Shown here one piece after another: positions 55,614-64,000 of a stretch of DNA of 64,000 nucleotides. Numbering within the stretch: the stretch's first letter is position 1; every line of letters begins with the position of its first letter. The notes below the pieces were generated by a model. The model saw nothing but the letters and a program-made list of their open reading frames with translations. It searched no databases and had not been told where the DNA came from. Source of the stretch: Spizellomyces punctatus DAOM BR117 (taxonomy: Eukaryota); assembly GCA_000182565.2 (NCBI GenBank), contig KQ257466.1. The stretch is one strand, 5' to 3'. Made by a program: the position numbers and the translations under genes.

Positions 55614-58600
55614 ATGCCGTTTCACACTACCGAGCGTCGCATTTATCCACGACACAAAGTGAATGGCATTAGTGTCGTTCCTCGTCCTCCGTCTTCTACA
55701 AGTTCCAGTCCAACGAGCTCACAAGAATCTGGCGATTGGAACTTTGCAGATGATCGGGTAAGCACTACTCATCCGGCGTGTGAAAATCTGGTGCTATCGC
55801 TAACAAATTGGTCCTTTTCTCTGTTCATGATTTTATAGAGCTTTTCCGACTCAACGGACCCTATCCTTCGCGATGACGATCCCTGGCTTCGATCCCGGTC
55901 AGGTTACAAGCCGCAAGAAACGGTGACCACGCTCCCACGACCTTCTGTCCCTCCACCTTCAACCATCCTGCCTTTCCATTGGGATATTGATCTTGCAAAT
56001 GCCGCTCGTCGCACGCAAAGGGATTTGGACGCGGCCCACCGCTTCCAGGAGTACAAAAAATTCAAGACCTTCCCTCCCAATACTCGCAACGTGTTTGAAA
56101 CTACACGGAGCTCCCGCGAATTTGAAAGGTTTCTGCCTACCGACTCACCCTCGTTTCCTGCCGTAGAACTGCTGAAGGAAACCGATTTTGAGAGCATTCT
56201 ACGTCGGGCGCGGGAGAACCATCTTGGTGAGCAGCAGGCACCTAGTAATTCTCCAGATGTTCCTGCTTCGGACGCGACACAGAAGAAGAAGCGTAAGAAG
56301 AAGCCAAAGAAGAAGAAGAGTAGCATCAATATGGATGAAAAGGCAAAGGAGGTTTGTGAGGATAAAACCCCTCGCATCGATGCAACTGTTGTAGACCATA
56401 CAGATGCAAGCGCGACCAGTGTTGCAGCGGCGGCCGCAGAACCCACCTTGGTTGCCCCTCAGACTGCTGAAAATAATTCAGTCAAAAGGAAGCCATCTTT
56501 CCCCAGTCACGCACGGAAATCTAGCTTTTCAGATGTCCGACGAAGCTCTGTTTCCTCCAAAGGGTCAACAACATGCTCGCCTACCCCGGCGCCCAAGACA
56601 ATGGAAGGCGCAGCTCCACTCGCTCAAGCAGATTTAGGCTCGGATATTCATAGCCTTACCATCTCTCCGATGGTGCCATCTGCGTTATATGGTCCACTCT
56701 TGGAGGAGGTCATGAGTCTCGGGTACGAGCTCGAAGGCATTTCGAGGTAATTTGAGGACACGCATGCTTTGCGAACATGGCCGTGGATATTAACGTGGAA
56801 GCTTGTTTGTAGGAGGTCCGAATACTTTGGCAATCTTGAACGCACGTATAAGCAAGGCCTACGGAGACCAATGGGAACAGATGACTGGCGACAGGATCTG
56901 AAGAGCGTCACCAACTTCTCCTTTTTACTTCAGCTCAGCAAAAAGCCGGGCGGTGTTCCATTGTCTGCCGCTCGATGTCTTGAATCCTTACGGGCCTTTT
57001 TAATGCGAGCGGTCCAGTCACCGGGACTCACGGCAGCGGAACGCGAGGGACTGACCAATTTGACTGCCGACGATCTTTTTCATGTATCTCGTGAAGTCAG
57101 GACGAAGAACGCAGCGGCATCTCCTGATACCACGGAAAGGAGGCTCCCTCCCAGGTACGTATTTGAGCCATTCTTCACCGTAACAGGAGGTTAACCCAAA
57201 GTACTCTATGTCTATGTCTCCAGGGAGAAGGCAGAGCTGCGGATTTCTAGAGCTGAGGTTTTCTACTCTGATCCAGAGTTACCTCAGGCGGTATTTATTG
57301 CGGCTAGAATGAGCTTTGCAACGCCGATTATGAAGAAACTGTTGGAGGCAACCAATCGGTTCGAGCTTCTAGGTCTCAAGTACCTGAAGGATTTGAGCGT
57401 CGATCATGCCAAATATCTTACGCCCTACGAAGTTGGTGACGTGAAATGGCATCCTAGTCTGGAAAAGATTACGCAGAAGGGGCAGGATGGTCAAGGATGG
57501 GTGATGATGGTAGTGCGTAAAAGCAACGGTTTTGAGAGAGTGGAAGAGATTGTCGGTATGTATATAGGTCACCTGGTGTTACAGAAATCATCAAATGCTC
57601 ACCGCTCATAACGTAGGGTCATATCTGAAATCGTACTTGAGTATTTCGGACAGCGTTGATACCGAGGGTCCTAAGCTGGGAAGGAGACGCCGCGGTGTTA
57701 GTCAAAAGGCTACGGATGTGCCTTCCATTAACGAGCCTGAACTATTTGATCCCTTGGAGGCTCTTCGGCTAAACGTGCTTGTGTCGCCGAACGTTGAAGC
57801 ATGCTACAACCAGATCACCATCTTCTTCCGCGACTCCGAGCTAGTCCCAGGAGGCACGCAGACGTGGGAAGACAGGCAGTATCATCCACAATGGTACCTT
57901 CACGATCCTTACATTGGCAAGACTCTCCTCGAGCATGCACCTTTCCTTACGACCATATGTGTTGTGAAAGCTAGTCTGGTGAGCATGCTTGCGTGGTATC
58001 GGTTGAAGATGTCCTGTTGACCTGTGCTAATGTTGCATTATGTCTAGTTTCCACACCTCGGCAGAATCATCAATCGTATGCGAAAGGAGGACTTTGACAT
58101 AGCGGGGTTGAAGGTTACACGCATGAACTATCACACTGCCCGGAAAATGCTCGCCCACGACGAGGACGCTATTCGTCATGGGCCCGAGGTATTGGACCGC
58201 TTTTATCATGAGCTCACGGAAGGACCCGTCGCTGTTTTCATGCTGCAACGAACCAACGCTGTCAAGCGGTGGCTCGACGTTATGAGTAAGTACTAATCAG
58301 CGGTAGTCTGTCGTTCACTCGGTGCTTTTTCGGAGCCTTACGTATTTGACTGTCTAGGTGATATTCGGAAGAATTCGAAAACTCCTTCCTCCGAATCTCT
58401 GTTCCAGGGAGGCATATTTGCATCCACATCGCACCGACTCGCGCATGCCCATAGGATTGCGTTGTTTCCCGAAGGACCTACTTTGAGACTACGCTACTGG
58501 CGTGGGAGAGACAGGGTACGTTATCGAAAGTTGTATTCCGTAGCCATCTGGATCTGACATCCTATGTACATTCAGTTTGAGAAGTCTCTCCATCCCACGG

Positions 58601-59620
58601 ACTTGATTACCGAGACACCACGCTATCCCCGCACGTTGACTTCGAACCGTCGCCGGGACAGCTATTTTATGGAGCAGATCCGAGAACCAACACTTGCAAC
58701 CTCAGCCAGCTCCCGCTCTTCAATGGCGTCTCCTCCACCCACACCAGTCTCGGAAATGGAACAAAAGGATCCCCCGGAGCTCGTATGTGTCACTTTACTT
58801 CCAGCACACTTGAAGACGGACGACACATACAGGAGCTGGGGCGCGATTTTGGATGCTCTGCTTTTGGAGTCGAAGAAGGGTGCTGATGGAAGTGAGGATG
58901 GGTTTGGAGATGTAGCTAGTGACTCAGGAAGTGCCAAACCCGGTGGTGGGAATGAGCAGGAGAGGCAGAAGCGGAGTGGTGGTAAAAAGAGGAGAAAGCA
59001 GAAGAAGGAGAAAGAGATGGTAGCCGTTCTGGAAGAATCAGACGGTATGATGGAGCCGAGGCCATCGTCACCCGACATTCCGGCGCCTCGTTTAGTGGCA
59101 TGTCGCTATGTTGTCTGTGGTGAATCGGCCATTACGGAATGGCAAAAGTTTTGTCCGCAATGGGATCCGAATGTGGCATCTTCCGAGGTGGCCTCCTGGT
59201 CTGAGAGGCTCAAAACTGAACAGGGGACTACGGTGATTACTGATGATGCCCCGCCATGGAAATTGGTAAGATGCTCACGTATTGGTATGAAGCAGAACTA
59301 AGCTAACATGTCTGGCATGAATAGATGCAACGAGGGGCCTGCTTAGCCGTCGCATTGGAAGCTGACCGGTGTGCTGAACGAGTGCAAGCAATCATTGACA
59401 GGTAATGTTCAACTGCCTTCAAGTAGAGGCTACATTATACACATGCTCATCCTTATACTCTTGCAGACTGCCAGAGTACCATCGTCGCTGTGTTACGTAC
59501 ACTACAACGTGCGACGAGGCTTGCGGTCAACTCCCGATATTCTTTGGCGAGCTATTTGACAGCTTCTATCGAATTGCACTGGAAAGGAAGCCAAGTGTTT
59601 CTGAAGGGGTTATGGGTTGA
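55614..59620 (+). CDS. Multi-exon protein with degenerate NDK-fold domains, DNAAF8/Daap1-like
   Basis: TTICVVKA..HLGRIINRMRKEDFDIAGLK..ELTEGPVAVFMLQRTNAVKRWLDVMG is an NDK fold, but the catalytic NxxHGSD is replaced by GGIFASTS. Further partial NDK-like repeats are present. Confidence 0.6.
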
Positions 59621-60065
59621 AAGTGAGATGGCGATGCTCAGGGAGATGTGCGGTCCTTTTTATTTCCTTTTTTTTTCTTTTGCTTGCGTTATTATAATTT
59701 TCGTTTTTCGAATTGTGTCCCTTTGTTGCCTCCTTTTTTTCTTGGTTTGTAAAATAACGTTAATGGTTGTTTTTCGGTATTGGGCTTTGCAAGAGGTGGA
59801 AGGTGTACAATTTGGGTTGAAGAAACAATACAATGGGTTTATAGCTCATCCCTTGTTGAGGCATTGGCACACTTGTGTGATCCTTCCGTCTTCTCTGCTT
59901 TTATTTCCAAAGCAGTGACCGCTGGTGGGCAAAAATAGGGTTCCTTTGGTGACGGGTGTTTTAAGTGGTCTAAAAACTAATCCATGGACGATCAATGGTC
60001 AAGTGCGCACGTATACAGATATTGTAAAACCAGCTATATACAAGTACCACTGGTCGCGCGGTACA

Positions 60066-61039
60066 CTACGAGACGCAAATAAAAGAGCAGCATGAGAGTT
60101 CTGACGATGCAGATGACGGATGGATCCACTTTGTCTTACGAAGCTGGAGAAGATGCTAGTAGGAATATCATTAGTGGACATGAGGAGGGTTTGAGATGGA
60201 AAATGGAAAGGACACACTACCGTGACTGCCATTCTAGATTTCTGCTCGACATTGGCATTCTCGACACATTTTCTCAATCTCCTGTAGTAGACATTGTTCT
60301 CCTTTTCCCCCGAGACCTTGTCCAGTCTCTTACCCACTAACGCCAACATCTCGCACGTCAACCAAAGCGAATTCGGATGTCCATCAAAAGACATTTTGAT
60401 CAAGGAATGCAACGAGTTTGTTGGTACGAGGAGATTGGGCATGATTTGGTGCGTGAGAACAACTGTAGGGTATGGTGATATAGGCCTTTGCAAAAGTAGA
60501 TCAAACAATTGCTGTAAGGGTTGCTGTAGTAGGATCGTCTGAACGAGGTTGCCTAGGTGCGTGTACCGCTTTCTACAGCACCTTTTTGACCACTTTTGTG
60601 TAAGGAGTGTGAATGTCGTAGTGTATTTTGATGTCAGATGAAGGGGCATGGTTTGAGCGCTTGTTTGAAGGAGGTTAAGGATACAGGTGAGTGTTTCTTT
60701 TGCTGTCAGCGTCGAGCCAACGCTCTCATCCGTCTCCTCCACTTCCGCGTCCGTTACGACAGACCATAATAGCTGGAACAGATCATTAGCAACCACTTCT
60801 GGTTGTGCTGACGAAAGAGACTTTAGGGTCTTTATGGCTTCGATAGACCTTGGATGGTATGTCTGGAGGAGGCATTTTGCGGAAATGTGAAACGAATGGG
60901 AAACGTAGAGTGCGGACAGAAGGGTTTGAGGATGGGAAATGAGGTTGATGAGAATATTGTAAGTGAGTTCTGGGGGGAGAATGACGTGAGGTGGAGTGGA
61001 GAGTGGAACTCCAGGAAAAGGTGCGACCTCAGATGGCAT
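60066..61039 (-). CDS. F-box-like protein (3' end uncertain; probable late intron)
   Basis: N-terminal ILPPELTYNILINL..TLLSALYVSHSFH F-box-like motif in a long ORF. Confidence 0.55.
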
Positions 61040-61345
61040 TTATCCGTCACCAAATGTGAAGGTGATCTCGCACCACCATGAGATTGCGTGACGAAATGCA
61101 GATCCAGTGGTTCTAAACGCGGGGAACGAACGAAACGAGGCCGGCACTTGCGAATAAGGCTTCGATTGCACCTCTGGGGTTGCTGGGGGAGGTTGCAAGA
61201 ACAAAAACAATAACCTCAAATGACACTTTCTTTTGCAAAAAGTTTCCAAGAAAACGCCACTATCAAAAGCAAATCGCGTGGAAAACAGGAATTTCAAAAA
61301 CTGCTTAATCGGCAACAGCGTGGTTTATCAATTTATTTAACTTGT

Positions 61346-61354
61346 CGCGGGAAA
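61346..61354. promoter_or_regulatory. E2F/MCB-like element CGCGGGAAA upstream of the PCNA-like gene
   Basis: Reverse complement TTTCCCGCG matches the E2F consensus. Additional CGCG cores at about 61117 and 61275. Confidence 0.4.
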
Positions 61355-61635
61355 CTCGCTTCAAAGCACTCCGATCAACCCGACCCCAAGGGGCTGCCGG
61401 CTTAGGTTTTCGCTTTTTTTTTTCTTTTCGGAACCCGCCATTTGAACATAGCACCGGAAACCCAGAGGTGCGTACTGTTTTATGAGACAAGTAATTGGTC
61501 ACCTGTCCTTACTGGCCTGCGCATTGATATTAGTGCCCTTTGGCTGTAAACTGCGGAACAAGGCGACAACCTCGGCGTCTCTGTATTGACAAGTGATAAC
61601 CACGAGTGACTCTCCGGGATTTGAAAAACGCCAGC

Positions 61636-63394
61636 ATGTCTCGTCGCACTTCTCAACAATCGCAACCCCCGCAGTCGCCAGAAATGGACCTCGAAGTTAC
61701 ATTCCGTCCTGGCGGGAAGCACATTCTGTCAGCCTTGCTCGCATCAGTCAAAGACTTTTCACCGAACCCATCCGTTAACTTTGTTTTCACCTCCCGTGGG
61801 CTGTCCGTTCGGTTTGCTGCGCATCCAACAGACGATAAGGCTGTCGTATCATTCACGCTCGATGCACCAGTTCAAGAAGGCGAAACGGTAGAAGATGAGC
61901 CAGCAAGCCCTGGATCGTCCGTTGCGAGTGAAGGAGGTGCATGGAGGAGGGATTCCTCAGGGAGTGTACCTGCGGACGGTCCTAACTTGTGGGGTGCTGG
62001 GACGGGAGGCAGTAGCGGTGGCGGAACGTGGGATTCATCTCGACGAGTGTCGGGCGGAAATGCTGCAAACAACCCGGCCGGAACGATTGGATCAGGATTC
62101 CCAAGTGCTTGGGGACAATCAAAATGGGATGCTCCTAGACGGGCTTCAGGTGGAAGCACCGTCAGCGCGGGAGGTGGCGCTGGATGGGGAGCTGGAACCA
62201 GGCTCTCCGGTTCCAGTACATCATTAGCCGCCCCGAGCAATGGCCTCTCACTCAACATTTCGCGTCCCCCTTCGGCTGCTAGCATATCGAGTGTATCTAG
62301 CCGTGCTGGAAGCGAAGTAGATGCCGACACGGTCACACCAAAGTCTATATGGCCGCACATTGCGCATGCTGGGGTCTCTGGGTGGACAAGTCCGTTCTCA
62401 ACCTACCATCTCCGCAAGCCCCAGGTCGCGATTGGGCTGAATCCGCGGGTGCTTCTGCAGCAGCTCATACTTTTGGATGATGAGGATAGTCTGACCATTC
62501 GAGCAGACGTAGGCGAAGCTGGCGTTGTGATGCTATATGAATTGTATTTTGAATCCTCTGGTGAGACATCATATTTTGCATGCGACTGCCAAAAACACAT
62601 TTGCTCATTATTTTGCTGCTGCTTGCAATTCAGATGGTGGAAAAAAGTGTATGTACGAAATGGACGCTATGCCTCGATTAGATAGGTTAGGTCCCCTCCC
62701 ACGACCGCGGTATCATCACATTTGTCAGATTGCATCCCAAGAATTCGCAAAGATCTTTGGAGCCTTGGGTGATACCAGCGATAAAGGTGAGGGAAACATA
62801 TGGTGATACAATGCTCTCGCAGAACCAATTGCTCAACATGTCGTATTAGTGATCATTTCCGCGAAAAAGTCGTCCATCACATTTTGCTCTTCGGGTGCGG
62901 AGGGAACATTGCAGGTTGGATTGGCGCAACGGCCACTTCCGAATGGGGAACCAGTATGTTGTCATTCTCGCTGTGCTATGTTTTCAAGCACAACTGAAAT
63001 CTGTTCTCCGAACCACTAGAATCCGCGTTTTAAAGTCCACTGCCACTCCGCCTCCCTGCGTCAGACCTTTGATTCGCGTTACCTTCGCGGGTTCACCCTC
63101 GCTACGCCACTCTCGCCGTCCGTTGTCTTGTACTTTGGTACCGGACGTACGCCTTTGCGCCTGACATTCCCCATCGTGGTAGACATGGAATTATCATCTG
63201 ATGGGACCAAGGAATCGATGACCCTTGCCTCTGGAAAGACGCTTGGCCCTGGCGGATTTTCTGTGAGTATGAGTCCTTTTGTGGGATCAGAGAGAGCTGG
63301 AGAGAGCAGTAGTAAACGACGGACTGTGATTGGTGTGGTGGAGTACATTTTATGGCCAGAAGCCGAACGAGGAATCGGAGATTTGAGGGTTTAG
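61636..63394 (+). CDS. Divergent PCNA-like sliding-clamp paralogue with large insertions (4 exons)
   Basis: PCNA-like blocks: LLASVKDF..VNFVFTSRGL; PFSTYHL..AIGLN..DEDSLTIRAD; IASQEFAKIFGALG..VIISAKK; QTFDSRYLRGFTLATPLSPSVVL..PL; GVVEYILWP. Confidence 0.8.
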
Positions 63395-64000
63395 ACATTT
63401 CACAAATGATTTAAAGATTCTAGAGCATTGGGGAAGAAAAACGTACAGAATAGAGTGGCGAGAGTGTGGTAGCTTGGTGTCGTGGCTTCTGTGGGTTTCC
63501 AAGTTTGGTGTATTTTATAGACATCCGATAGACTCTATACTGCCTTACAGTCAACCCTAAGATCCTGCTGTATCTGCATAAGACAACTCCGAAGTGCTTC
63601 TGATTTCTCGTGGCGTTACCTTGGTTGCCTCATCAAGAATCACACGGCATATAAAAGATAGAGCATCCTTAAGTATGGAACACAACAAATCTGATTACTT
63701 TGGATCCTGTGGCAAAGCCCGACTTGAGATTTCAGTTACGGATCAGAAATTTACACTTGTTTTGGGTTTTTACAGCACATACAACAGCTAATCTACTTTA
63801 CAGATCTTGTTTGCTATAAACATTGAGACCAGCTATGGATCTACTTGCGCACTTTTGTTTACGTTCGTCTCATCTATATACATGTAACGTATACCAGCAG
63901 CAGCGCTACTTACACACAAACTGCTTTCCTTCCTTTAAAAATGGTTTTGCTCTATTCATATCGACAGGTGGGCCTGGCCTGCCAGCGCGATCACCTTTGA

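Overview
Eukaryotic, intron-rich genomic DNA, almost certainly from a zoosporic (flagellated) fungus such as a chytrid. Fungal families (Zn2Cys6 TF, GCN4/CpcA bZIP, GPR1/FUN34 transporter, FLC/TRP-like channel) sit beside axonemal genes (ODAD4/TTC25, CFAP47, JHY-like, an NDK-fold DNAAF8-like protein). About 22 protein genes were assembled by hand across GT-AG introns, so the ORF track shows only fragments. Main observations: (1) Two unannotated, paralogous, TATA-driven, spliced small transcription units lie 36 kb apart (17971-18498 +, 54013-54510 -). Their short ORFs are diverged or frameshifted, but they share a 39/40-nt identical structured block inside a predicted second intron. One copy runs directly into the RecQ5 start. 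(2) There is an intron-containing homologue of bacterial Csp3/DUF326 copper-storage proteins. (3) There is a highly divergent PCNA paralogue with large insertions. (4) There is a signal-anchored, Chlamydia-NUE-like SET-domain protein. All family calls come from motif recognition by eye; no database searches or folding programs were run.
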